Positions 10,587 through 22,504 of a stretch of DNA of 32,258 bases are shown in pieces. The stretch covers positions 1 to 32,258 of the forward strand of contig FLMG01003966.1 of assembly GCA_900088475.1 (NCBI GenBank), read 5' to 3'. A program made the position numbers and the translations under genes. Below the pieces are notes generated by a model. That model had not been told where the DNA came from and searched no databases. It worked only from the letters and a program-made list of their open reading frames with translations. Each line of letters opens with the position of its first letter. The first letter of the stretch is position 1. Source of the stretch: Hyphochytrium catenoides (taxonomy: Eukaryota > Protista > Hyphochytriomycota).

Positions 10587-11267
10587 GGATAGTGCAATGT
10601 GGGTTATCATTAGATTTTCACGAAGATCCCTTACCCTCCATTTGCCGATTTTGGGACAGGACTGCCTCATCCACATCATTACAGCTACAGCTCAAAACGT
10701 TCTTCTTCCTCTCTTGGTATCTGTCTGTAAGTAGGTAGTAAGGCCTTAGTAGCAGCAGCCCCAAAAGAAAAACAACCAACTGGTCACATCCAACACTGGA
10801 CAGCAGTCCATAGTTGACTTGGACATAAGCCTGGCCCTCCACATCATTCATAAAGATATAATGTAACTGCTGCATCTTCTCTCTCTGGCTTGCTATATCC
10901 CTCAACTAGAGAGTGCTGGCTCGTTGGACTCGCAGTGGTGGTGATGATACAACTGCCGCCAGTCTCTATCACTCTTCAACAATCCTGGCAGCCCTGTGCC
11001 TATTTCCATCTCTCTCTTCTTCTTTAAGGATCTTCTAGTGGGTTCGAATCTTTGGAAAGATGAAGTGCACTTCCAGCCTCAGCCTTTCTATAAGGTATAA
11101 GGCACCCTCGCCCCTGACCCCCCAACCGTCACCCGTTACTTCTGTACATGATGGCAGGAGTAATAGTACGCCCTGAAGAACCGATTTGAGAGGCGTTAAA
11201 GGATCTTACTACTGCTGACTTCTCATGAATGTGACCTTTGGGGATCCGTTCCACTGACACAGGAATG

Positions 11268-11630
11268 GAGAGGAGAGAGTGAAAGGACAGAGAGAGAGAG
11301 AGAGAGAGAGAGACAGGAGCGGAGGGAGAGAGAGAGAGAGAGAGAGGGCAGAGAGAGAGAGAGAGAGCAGAGAGAGAGAGAGCAGATGAGAGAGGAGAGA
11401 GAGGAGAGAGAAGAGAGAGACAGTGAGGAGAAAAAGTGAGGAGAGACAGTGAGGAGAGAGGAAAGAGAGGCAGAGAGAGAGGCAGTGAGGAGGTGGAGAG
11501 AAAAGAGAGAGACAGAGAAGAGAGAGAGGGAGGAGAGGGAGAGCAGAGAGACAGAGAGAGAGGCAAAGAGGGGGCAGAGAGGAGAGAGAGAGAGAGATAC
11601 AAAGAGAGCGAGAGAGAAAGAGAAGAATAA
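11268..11630 (+). repeat. (GA)n-rich microsatellite tract
   Basis: Near-continuous GA repeats. Confidence 0.95.
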
Positions 11631-14600
11631 AGTTTGGAGACAAATTTGTAAAGAGACTAAGATGGGGTTAAGAGAAAGGACAGCGCCCGCGAAGATCTAG
11701 TCCGCCCTTGTACTGCCCCTCTCGATGAGACAGATCATGCATCACATCCCACATCAGTGCCTTGCAGAGCCACGAAGGAGCGTCAAGACTGGGCCTTTGC
11801 ACCCACACTGCTGCTTGCCAAGAGTATTTCTGTCATCATGGGTCACGCGTAGTACTTAGTACATGTCTTTTCGATCCTCCTCGCCGTCGGGTGCAATGGC
11901 CTGGGCTTTCTCTCGCTATATCTCCTGCCGTCGCTTCTTGTACCGAGAGGCCTTGACCAGGACCTGACGCCACATTCTCACATTCATTTGCATCTGCCAT
12001 ACCTGCTTGTACTGAAAGGTAAACTCCTGACGTACTCTAATCCAGGCTTTCCCTGCCAGTCAAGTTGGTCCTCCTTAATTTATTAGCAGTACATTCAGGT
12101 GTAGTGACATGTACTGGAAACCTGTCGTCTAGGTTGCGGCGGGGAGCCAGCACTTCCGCTTATTGTCCTATAATTCACTCGTGTTAGGAAGGGAAAAGGT
12201 AAGGTGAAAAAAGATGAGGTGGATATTCTGCTCGTTTCAGCTATAGTACCTTCTAGAAGCCACAAAGAATGGACGCGAGGGTTCCCGCTGGACTAACCCA
12301 ATGCGGCACCGGCTGGGGATCAAAGAAATTAAAGAAGATTCCTTCTAGATGTTTCTTCATCCTTTCCAAACTTTACGAAGAGAAAACGTTGAGAAGGATG
12401 ACGGACCAGGTTCCTTTCTAGAAACATATACTCTATGGCATTTCCGTCTAACTGTTGGCTCACATCACCCTTTGGGTCAGGTTCCGCTCCATTTGTTAGT
12501 TAAAACTCAAGACTGCTGCGGCACTTCCTCTTCATCATCACGGACGTGTCACTACTCCCGAATGCCTCTGTCGCTTCTCCTGATTATCCTTCTCAAGTGT
12601 CACTTCGACACGACTATAGTTCTAATGCTTTTTGCTTCGTGACCCTCCTGCTTGGCCAGTGAAGTTGCCGCCAAGTAATTAGTAGTATCTGAGTTGGGCC
12701 GCTTCTAGCGAAACGGTTCTCCTATGTGCAGTCGCCTCATGACATACTGGGCTGCGCGAAAAGGGTCCATATGACGGGCCTGCACAATGGTGGTGCTCTC
12801 TCATCACTTTGTGAACCACCCTAACAGCAACCATTCGTTTCAGTTCTGTTTTCCCTTTGAGGTTGTCAGGCCGCTGCAGTTCCTAGATTGAAAGGGAAAG
12901 AGGTGCACGAACATCCTTTCTTAACCAGAAGACAAGGAGGGGCCCTGTTCTTCAGAGCTGCATAAGTAGATCTAGTGGTGCTTGCATTGCTCTTGCACTC
13001 GTCATCAAAGTAGTTATTAGAAAGCTTTGTCGCCTCACAAAGGCGTGGCAGTTAGGAACAAAAAAAACAGCTTTTCTCCGCCTTTTTGATCCTTCGCGTC
13101 TTATGTACGGCTATGTTTGGGGACCCTGCTGGCGGAACATGGCAAGCTGGATGTCAGGTCGGTCTGCGTGAGTCGTCGCGTCGTCATGCATCATCCCATC
13201 ACTGAATATTTAACATCGATGGGGGCTGCAGTCTCGTTTGCCCCCCATCATTGCTCTGCGGGACCTCCAGTAATCTATTAGCATCCTTTCAATACTACTT
13301 TGCCTCTTGATTATGAAGAGAATCATGTTGCCTGACATTTATGTCGGCAATGGCTATTATCTATAATGTTCGGAGAAGTTGTACCAGTTTAGCTCAACTT
13401 ATGTTGGACAAGCCCGCACAATCATAATGAACACCACCCGCCAGTAATGCTAGTTGCCGCGCCTTGGCCGGGGACGCACTGAGCTGGGTCGTCAACCCTC
13501 ATGATCATTTAGTTCGCTCTTCAAGACAAGGAACTTATTAGCCTTTTCCCCCTGCCGCTGCTTGGCAAGACAACTTCCTTATTATAAAGTGCCACCCTTA
13601 CTTGATGAATTGTCATTTGGCTCGTTGAGGTTCGTAAGCCGTTGTTGGCTATCCCACACTAAGCTCTGCCTGAAGGATACGACGCGCTCGCGCAAGAGTT
13701 GACAGCCAATAAAAGCACACGTATGGTAAACTGAAGATTTCGAGTTGCTGTTCCTCTATCATCCCGGGAGGGCCGCTGACCCTTCAACAGTGCGATTATT
13801 GCGTATGATGGGTCAAGACTGCCCGCCAAAAGAAGTCGTTATTTCTTCTTCAAGGTCTATACTTCTAGCTCTGGACGATGAAGCCTCACATCTCAGAAGA
13901 GGATGATCTAGGATCGATAGTTAGTGAAGAGGAAAAATAAGTAAATGAATATCGTGTGTGGCAGGAGGAAGAGTAACGCCAAATGCAGAAGGAAGTATCC
14001 TATATTCCAAAAGCAGTGCGGCCTGCTGAAAGAGGTATTTCGCGGAACATACTTGGCTTCAACCGAGGTGGTTCGTGCGCAAAAGGTTTGAGCAGCTAGT
14101 CATCTCAACAATGATCACACGGATCTCTTCACTCTCTTACAGCCAAAGGCTCGAGATGGAATGTGCCTTCTGCACTTTGATAAATGTAATATAAGGACGA
14201 CCAGCGAGTTTGGAGGGAAGAAGAACTTGATAGGATACACCATCCGTTACTCGGACCCAAACATAGTCACAGAACTAGACCCTTATGATGGTTAGAGCAC
14301 CTTCCTGCAATAATAGCCGCCGACCGACAAATGGAGGAAGGCCTCCGGTATCTCTAAATTTTTTATACCGTAAGGATGATCGCCATGTGTCGGGTCGCCG
14401 CGCCGGGATGACTGTGGTGGTTACTTCTCTCCTTCTCGGCCTGTTGTCGGCTGGGTGTACGAGGTGTGATGGCGCCTCCTACGGAATCTTCCAGCTTAGC
14501 TCTAAGGCAAAGGAATGGACTGACGTGCTACTGTAGGCCTTCGCTGCTTCCTTTCGGAATGCACCCACGAGTGAGGGAATAAGCGATGCGCTTCGGTGCA

Positions 14601-14831
14601 CTGGGCCGCGGACCTTTGAATGAGACACTTGATTGAGACACTTTTTTTGCTCTTGTTTCTCCTCAAGCGAGAGGCCGCAAGCTATGCTGCTGCTTCTGTG
14701 GCATCAGGAGAGGAATCACACTCACAGACCTACACCAGGAACGCAGGGGCTATCCCAAATGTAAAGGTGTACTATCCATGATAAAGAAAATGCCTTTGAA
14801 TAGAATTCCTAATCCATATTCTGTGGACCAA

Positions 14832-14844
14832 TTTTGGCGGGAAA
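14832..14844. promoter_or_regulatory. E2F-type motif (TTTTGGCGGGAAA) ~1 kb upstream of the CDK start
   Basis: Overlapping WTTSSCSS matches on both strands, with a weaker TTGGCGGAA at 15522-15530. Sequence match only. Confidence 0.25.
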
Positions 14845-14899
14845 GGTAGCAAGGTCATTCATTGCTGTCTTGCAATAAGAGCACTGTGATCGGCGAGGT

Positions 14900-15360
14900 G
14901 GGAGACAGAGAGAAGCTGAGATAAGGAGAGATAGGTGTAGACAAGCGACAAGGAACACACAGAGGAAATAGGAGATATAACATGAGATGAGAGAGCGACA
15001 GAGAATGAGAGAGACAGACAGAGACAAGGACAAAGACAGAGACAGAGACAGAGACAGAGAGACAGAGACAGAGATAGAAACAGAGGCAAAGAGACACAGA
15101 GACAGAGAGAGAGAGACAGAGAGAGAGAGACAGAGACAGAAAGAGACAGAGAGAGAGAGGCAAGTGAGAGAGAGGGAGAGAGAGAGAGAGAGAGAGAAAG
15201 GGAGAGAGAGAGGTAAAGAGAGAAGAGACATAGACGAAGAGAAAGACGAGAGACCACTGATGCGTGACACAGAGTGAGGAAGAGGAGTGAGGGAGAGGAC
15301 ATTTGGAAGAGAGAGTGACAGAGCGGAGAGAGAGAGAGACAGCGAAGGCGCGAGACATAG
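14900..15360 (+). repeat. (GA)n / (GAGACA)n microsatellite tract
   Basis: Runs of gagaca and ga units. The minus strand reads as a polypyrimidine tract. Confidence 0.95.
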
Positions 15361-15861
15361 CATGTCGTGGAAGGAGTGAAGCGGCAGCAAGGAGCGAAGA
15401 GTGAGGCTGACACAGGCGCAGAGGTACTGAACGCCTGCTGCAGCTTGCTTGTCCGTCATCAACCGCTTGCTTGCTTCGGTCCGAAGACTCTGCACCTCCT
15501 AGGAAGACAGCGCTTCTCTGGTTGGCGGAACGTAGCGTGGAGCTAAATCTACAAAAAGCTGCGCTCTCTCTGGCGATGCTGGTCTGAGCCTAATTGAAAG
15601 CTTTGTTGTGCCAGCAGAGCGTATTGGCCCTCTCCTTTGTGGTCAATTCACTGAGGCGCTGCACTTGCAGCTGGACAAAGAAGACCTCACTCTCTCTCTC
15701 TCTCTCTTTGTTGGAGCCATGATTTGAGCGCGTTCTCTGCCTCAGCCGGGTTTCTTTTGAAGCTCTTCGTTACGCACTCCTCGGAACCACTATCTTCGTC
15801 ATCAGATAGACACAGAAGGCACCAAGGATCTCTGTCTTACTGTCAATCAAACGTCAGTCTG

Positions 15862-17844
15862 ATGGAACGCTATCAGAAGGTGGAAAAGATCGGTGAGGGC
15901 ACGTACGGGGTGGTCTACAAGGCGCGGGACAAAGTGACAAATCAGCTGCTCGCTCTCAAGAAAATTCGCCTGGAAGCGGAGGATGAAGGCGTGCCCAGTA
16001 CAGCGATCAGAGAGATCTCTCTATTGAAGGAGTTGCGGCACCCAAATGTTGTCTCGTACGTTTCCTTATCTACCAACTTCTCGACCCCGTGGCTCGGTCT
16101 AGCTCTCACTGGTCTCTCTCTTTATCTCTCTTTCGCACTTTTCTCTGGTCTGCTCCCTTCTGTCCCATTCGTTGTATTCTGTCTCGCTGTGCCTTTCCTT
16201 CCCCAGGTCTCTCTCTTTCTCTTCTGTCTCCTCTCTCATATGCGCCTCTCTATCCTATAAGATCTCCCAATGTAATGCTTATAATGCCTATGCTACGCTG
16301 GCCTGTGCAGGTTGCAGGATGTTGTTCACAGTGAGAACAAGCTCTACCTTGTCTTTGAGTTCCTGGACCAGGATCTTAAGAAATATATGGACAGCTGTGG
16401 CAATCAGCCTTTAAATCCCATGCTCATCAAGGTAGAGAAGCGCTCGTCCTCTCCCTTTCTCCTTCTGGCGCTCGCGCTGGGCTTACTCCTCCGCTTCCTT
16501 GCTCCTATTGAAGTGGCCAAGCCAACGTTTTTTGTTACATTCTTTTCAATGAGTGGTCCGACTCTTCTTGGTGCATCTCTTATGTATTTATATGCAAAGT
16601 GCTTGGTGTCGAATCTGCAAGCTCTCAGTTATGAACTATTCTCTATTGACCCGCACGATTGATTGCATCGTCTGTCTGGTGTCGTCTACTCACCTTCTCT
16701 CGGCTGTCACGACTTGTCAGTCTTATCTATATCAGATGCTTCGAGGGATTGCCTTCTGCCATTCCCACCGTGTGCTCCACCGCGATCTGAAGCCTCAGAA
16801 TCTTCTCATTGACCGCCATGGTCATCTGAAGCTCGCAGACTTCGGCTTAGCTAGGGTATTTGGCATTCCTGTACGCACATACACCCACGAGGTAAGTAAC
16901 ATGGCGACTCTGGAAATAGTCTATAGGCTGAGCTGCCACATGCGTTACTAGTAGAAGATAGAAAGGGTACGACTCTGCCATGTCCACCTATAGAACACCT
17001 TTAGCATATCTGGAGAAGCATAATCATTGCATAAGAACCTGATAAATTGCGGGTTCGACAAGAGAGAAATGATGTGTTTGACATCTGCTCATGCAGGTTG
17101 TGACGCTATGGTACAGAGCGCCTGAGATTCTGCTTGGCTCTAAGCATTACTCAACGCCCGTGGATGTCTGGTCCATCGGCTGCATATTCGCTGAGATGGT
17201 AAATCGGTTACCGCTCTTTCCAGGTGACTCGGAGATCGACGAGCTCTTCCGCATTTTCAGGTTAGTACCTGCAAGAGACAAGCAGGTCGGATAAGTGTAG
17301 AGGCTAGGAGAAACGACACGAGATGCACTCCTAAAGACCAGGAGAGAGTCTAAACCACCTGGTCTGATCACTGTCATTGGTTGCAGAACGCTGGGCACCC
17401 CTGACAGTACTGTCTGGGAGAACGTCACGGAGCTCCCTGACTATAAAAGCACCTTTCCAAAGTGGAGACCCCAGGACCCGTCCAGATATATTGGCTCCCT
17501 AGACCCGCTTGGCGTTGACCTTCTCACGGTGAGTTCTCCTGGGCATTTTTGACTGTCCCTGATCTATGCACCTTTCTTGCGTCCACATCAAACGTCATTG
17601 TCTATTAGCATCACTCTATCTCCTTCGACCCGTCATGTGGAAAACTTTTGTCTGATGTTATCCGTTATGGCTTCATTTAGTTCCATGTCTAACGATGTTC
17701 TTGGCTTGTCGCTCGCTTGTTACGTAGAAAATGCTTGTGTACGAGCCGCGAAGAAGAATCTCAGCAAAGCAAGCGTTGAGTCATCCATACTTTGACGACC
17801 TAGAGGAGGCAGAAATTGGCTTTCGGCCGCTGCGGGCACCTTAA
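15862..17844 (+). CDS. CDK1: PSTAIRE cyclin-dependent kinase (CDK1/CDK2/cdc2 type), 6 exons, 302 aa
   Basis: Exons 15862-16055, 16311-16431, 16721-16891, 17097-17260, 17387-17528 and 17728-17844, all GT-AG and in frame. Motifs: GEGTYG (T14/Y15), [40 protein letters not shown]. Ends HPYFDDL...RAP-TAA. Confidence 0.98.
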
Positions 17845-18306
17845 TGGGATAGCTGATGATTGTTCAACGGCATAGCACCAGAAGTTGACTCAACGGGTCA
17901 ACACCTGCAAACCTGAACTTTGATAGAAGTATGCGATATATCGAGTATGCCTTATTGTTCGTTATTATAAATACAAAGGAAGGGAGACCACCAGCTTGGT
18001 CTCCTGTCCTAGACCATGAAATGCCTTGACGGCCATGGCTCCATCCGTATAGCGTTATAAAACGTTTTGGCTTCGCGGCCCTGCCTGTGACACAGAGATT
18101 GATGCCTGCTGCTCTCGAAGTCACCTTGCTGGTAACAGCTGTTCAGAGACTCCCTTGGATCCCCTCATCAATGCATTCATACCCCCAAAGAGCAACCTAG
18201 TTGGTAACTGACCATACGTGATGGCCTTCTCACTCGAATAGGGCCTTCCTGTTCATCGAAAGAGTATCCAAAGAGAAATTGCCAGTATCCGGACATGTTC
18301 TCTGTT

Positions 18307-19218
18307 CTACTCATCCTCCGCCTCGGTCAATTTTTTCTGGATAGCGTCGTACTTTGCTTCCTGCCTGGTCTTCTTCCGAGAAAGGGCGTTCCTCTTTACT
18401 TCTTTCAATCTTTCTTTCCCTCTCTCTGCTAAGTCCTTTATCCGAAGGCTGCCTCCTTGTTGAGCCACGCGTCCAGCCATAATCTCTTCAATGTTATTGT
18501 GAATGAAGGAAGTAAGTTTCTGTCCGACACATAGTGCCGGGAAAGAGGAGAGAGAGAAAGGGCGGGTGTGGGGGAAAGGAAGGACCCCGGGCGAACACAA
18601 GAGAGAGTGAGAAGAGGGAGAGAAAAAGAGAGAGGGATAANNNNNNNNNNNNNNNNNNNNNNNNNNNNNNNNNNNNNNNNNNNNNNNNNNNNNNNNNNNN
18701 NNNNNNNNCTCTCAGCTTAACATGCGAGGAAACACTGTTGACTCTTCAGCCCAAGAGAAGTCTCCAAAATGTTCGTCAATCGTTCAGGTAAGATCTTCCG
18801 GTCCTTCAGTCGCACCGATGAGCTAAAGAGTACGAAAGCAATACCTTCTCTTCCTTTGTGGTCGTCTGGAAGCCCTTCTTTGCCTCCCTCGTTGGGTCTA
18901 GATAGCACCCACGATTGAAGGTAGCACGAAGAGGCGAAGAAAGGGATCAGCTAAGTATTGAGTCATTGTCAAGGGGGCGAAAAGAGCAAAGAGGCAGACC
19001 TGAAGATGAAGAGGTGCGATAGACACGGACCTCATTGTAGAAGTGAGGTCGACAGAGGATGATTGTTCAAAACGACTAGGAGAACTATGAAAGTCCAATG
19101 CTGCGCTCAACTTACTGCCTTTCTTAGTGTTCGCCAAATTCTGTCGCTTATTAGAGTAAGGCTTTGTCCGCTTCTTGGCCGAGACGACCTTTTTTGTCTT
19201 TACAGGCTTCTGAGGCAT
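18307..19218 (-). CDS. UPF0390/DUF2462 (C19orf53, Leydig cell tumor 10 kDa homolog)-like small basic protein, 3 exons, 122 aa
   Basis: Exons 19218-19116 (MPQKPVKTKK...NTKKG, donor GTAAGT), 18897-18845 (NPTREAKKGFQTTTKEEK) and 18519-18307 (KLTSFIHNNIEEIMAGRVAQQGGSLRI...TAG) join in phase. TKKG..AKK..KKLT..I...IE..MA.R...G.L.I resembles the family pattern as I recall it. Intron 2 contains the N gap. Confidence 0.7.
18641..18708. other. Assembly gap (68 N)
   Basis: Run of n flanked by GA/CT repeats. Confidence 1.
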
Positions 19219-20099
19219 CCTTTCCCAGGTCAGGCCCCTATCAGAGGTCGTGTCACAAGTCTTCACAGGCGGAGCAACGTTGAAGAGGCAATGGGGCCAC
19301 TGAACTGGTCGGAGAAACTCTTGACAAGGGAGATGTGAGGGCCTCTCTGCCTGATGCAATGCTGGCGCCGCCGAGCTTTATAATGCGTGCTGCTGCGCTC
19401 TCGCTCGAACGGACACTGTTCAGGGCGATGCCTCCTCCTCCTGCTCGGCGCTATGAGGAGAAGACGGAGGACTGGTCGTTATGATAAATATCCTGAGGTG
19501 ATGCCGCTAATAACAGCGCCGGACTGCTGTTCCATTGGCTGTGAGACACCTGCTGACCGATTGTGTTGTACCTGTTTGTGGCTGTATTTGTCTATAAACA
19601 TAATGCCGTTAGCCGTAATAGATTAGTGAGATGAAGGACGATGATGCATCATCAATGTATTTTATATATTGTTGATGTCTAATAATAATGAAGATCCGCA
19701 GATCCGCCGCCGAGCTCCTCCTCTGGATGGTAGTACTGTAGTGCTTTCCCTTTGTCGTGTGCTCTCTCCTTCTTCAATCAGTGGCCAAAAGGTTTATTCG
19801 CTATCTACTAAGAACCGCGGAGCTACTGCGAAGAAAGGTAATAACGCTGCTCTGCCTCTGCACCACGTCGTGTCCTTAATAATAGCCTACAGGACTGCTG
19901 CATAGGGAAGAGCACCTCTGGATTGCAGCGCCTGTAAGTACCGTTAGTTGGCCTTCTAGTATTACTATTACGCAAGCAATGAGCATACAAGTAGACTATG
20001 GAATTTTGAAAAGAGCGAGCGGGAGGAGGATTCGCATACAACGAGTACACAAGAGATCGATTGATGATATCACTCAATGATCAGTTTATTATGAAAAAT

Positions 20100-20760
20100 A
20101 TTTATTATAAAAGCAAAGAGTTTTGTGGTGCCTTTCCTCCACAGCATCGGGTCTTTCACCCCTTCTTTCAGCTAGGGAATAAGCGCTTCCTTGGTGATCC
20201 CCTTCAAATTCTTCTCTTATGAAGCTTCTTTTTGTTCATCGCGCTTTCAAGAAGGAAGTTTCTTTCAAGAAGGAAGTTTTTGTGCTTCTTGTTGACAATG
20301 GCCATCATCGTATAACCCTGTGCCATCATCAGTAACGGTACCTATTTTTCTTAGCAAAAGGCTCTTCTTCTTTCTACTCTCATCTTCCCACTCATTCAAC
20401 AAGGCGCTGCTGCTGCTGAATATAGAGGTTAATGTTGCAACATGATATAGCGGATAAACAACCGGTGGCGAGCATATCATGTGAATAAAGAGACAGATGG
20501 TTTACGGCTGGTAGATCGATGGTCCAAACTTCGGCGAAGACAACGTGGTGGTCGCAACTCGTGAAGAATAAGCAGCGAAGTTCGACCAGCTGCTATGGTT
20601 GTTGCCCACAAGGCTAATAGCTGATTGTTGATCTGAAAAGAATCAATCATTGTTGGATATGTAAGAAAGTCGAAGCAACTTTTAGGGATAACCGCTTTAT
20701 ACCAACAATAACTCCATCGTCCTCTCTATCTGTTATTATAGGTGTACGTAGTCCTGACTA
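20100..20760 (-). pseudogene. Decayed single-frame ORF, unidentified
   Basis: One minus frame reads DYVHL**QIERTMELLLV*...LNEWEDESRKKK...QKLPS*KKLPS*KRDEQKEAS*EKNLKGITKEALIP*LKEG. It includes an in-frame 18-bp duplication at 20244-20279. Confidence 0.35.
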
Positions 20761-21289
20761 GAGTAGTCAATGGGTGGCTCTGACGAAGGATGATACTCTC
20801 GTTGTTATTTTCTTTTTGCTGTCTTCGTCTCTGCTTGTTATTGGATGGCCTCTTAATGCAACGTCTCTTGTTGTATGTTACGACTTCTATCTTTGCATTA
20901 CCAGGTAGACTGCATCTCCAAGAAGGAGCCTCTCTTCTTACACTTTACACCTTCAGTTAACAATATTCTCTCCGAAGAAGTAGAAGGCATTTTTACTCGC
21001 GCAGGTTCCCGGGAGTCTTCCTCTGCTGCGTTGTTGGTTGTGCTTCTTGTTTGAACTGGGGCCTGGCCAGCCAAGGTACAAATAAAGCACCTTCTCACTC
21101 TCCTTCAAGACCCGACCTTGGTCTTCTTAGGTTACACTGTCGCTCTTGTCTTCCCACTGCTTTTCTGATACTGCTTGCTTTTCCTTTAGCTCTTTCTTTC
21201 TCACGCTTCTCCCTTTATTAATGGATCTTATTCGTTTTCAGTAGGCGTTGGACCAAAACTTCTGCAGTTGCTTCTACCCTTTGCCGACT

Positions 21290-21600
21290 TCACCTGCCTT
21301 CTTTGCTCTTCTTCTCGCTTTTCTACATCCTTTTTCTCTTCATCCCGATTCTTCTCTACATCTCTTTCTTTTCTTTACTCTTTCGTTTATTGCACATCTT
21401 CATTCTACTCTCCCTCCCTCTCCCCCTCTCTCTCTCCTTCCCCCGCTTTCTCTCTCGCTCCTCTCTTCTCCCCTTCTCGACCTCCTTCTAGCCTTTTCTG
21501 CTCTCTTTGTTTCCCTGTGCCTTTCTCCTCCCTGTCTCTCTCCTCCAGTCTCCCTTCCCTGTTCACTCTCCTAGGTATCCGCCTCTTTTCCCCTATATTT
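21290..21600 (+). repeat. Pyrimidine-rich (CT/CTT) low-complexity tract
   Basis: Near-continuous C/T sequence. Confidence 0.85.
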
Positions 21601-21775
21601 GCTTATCTCGTTGCTTACGCTCCTCTGATTGTTTTTGATTAATCTAATAGGACTACCTCGTAGTAGTCCGCACTTCGCCGCACCTGCTCTCTGGTAGTCC
21701 GCATTTCCGCCTCACCAGCTCTCTCGAGGTGGCTCTCCTTTCAAAATATCTCTCTCTCTCATCCAGTTGTGTCTC

Positions 21776-22480
21776 TTTTTTATTTCACTAACAACAAAGA
21801 CTAATAACTACTAAGAAGAAGTAAGAGTCGAAGAAACAAGAAGAAGAAGAAGAAAAAGAGGAAGACGAAAAGAAACAAGGAACGCTATGACGCCTTGGTC
21901 TCTTCTTTTTTATCCTGATCTCCTCGACACTCATCATCAGTGAAGGAAAAACTATAATTGATCTCTTCCGTAATAATAACAAGAAGGGGAGAAGGAGGAG
22001 GAGGAGGTAAACCATCAACCACAATGTCGTCACCATCAACTTCGAACGCCGCGAGGCAAGCAAGAGAAGGGTCCAACTCCTCGTCAAGAGGAATACGCTT
22101 CAAAATCTGAAGCGCATTTTCCTCATGACTTGCCATAAAGACTCTCGCGTGAAGGCGTAAAACCATGGCCAAACGGGACCATTGACCAAGATGCCGAGAA
22201 GCATCAAGAGCCAGAACGGTCACATTGAAGCTTCACCAGAAGATTTCTTACGCAATCAACAACGCCCGGCATGGCTCCCCCAAAGGACTCCAACCAATGG
22301 GACAAATTGCAGCCCTACTGTACAGCCCGGCAAGGTGCCTCATACTTCTTCAACTTCGCCTTTTTTTCAGACAAACGACCTTGATAGCCTGCGTGGACTT
22401 GTAATAAAAACTATTTCTCTTGCTCTCATCATATGTGGTCTGTCCAGATGTCTCTGTCTCAACTAATCGCACAATATGTC
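21776..22480 (-). mobile_element. 5'-truncated, frameshifted 3' end of a non-LTR retrotransposon with a restriction-like endonuclease (CRE/R2/HERO-type)
   Basis: Joining frames across 22370-22090 gives EKKAKLKKYEAPCRAV-GLQFVPLV-ESFGG...RVFMASHEENALQILKR. This matches the RLE C-terminal pattern E..K..KY...C...G..FVPL..ES.G...R....NA..IL.R. An A-rich aaataaaaaa lies downstream on the minus strand (21785-21776). Confidence 0.6.
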
Positions 22481-22504
22481 CCTTCTGACGGTGATCAAGA
22501 GGCA

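Noticed and set aside
11036-11056. tRNA or Pol III B-box (GGTTCGAATC)
   Set aside because: No paired T-stem, acceptor stem or A-box.
15410-15459. RPB12/POLR2K-like start MTDKQAAAGVQYLCA on the minus strand
   Set aside because: No downstream exon encoding the second CxxC and the RILYK motif was found.
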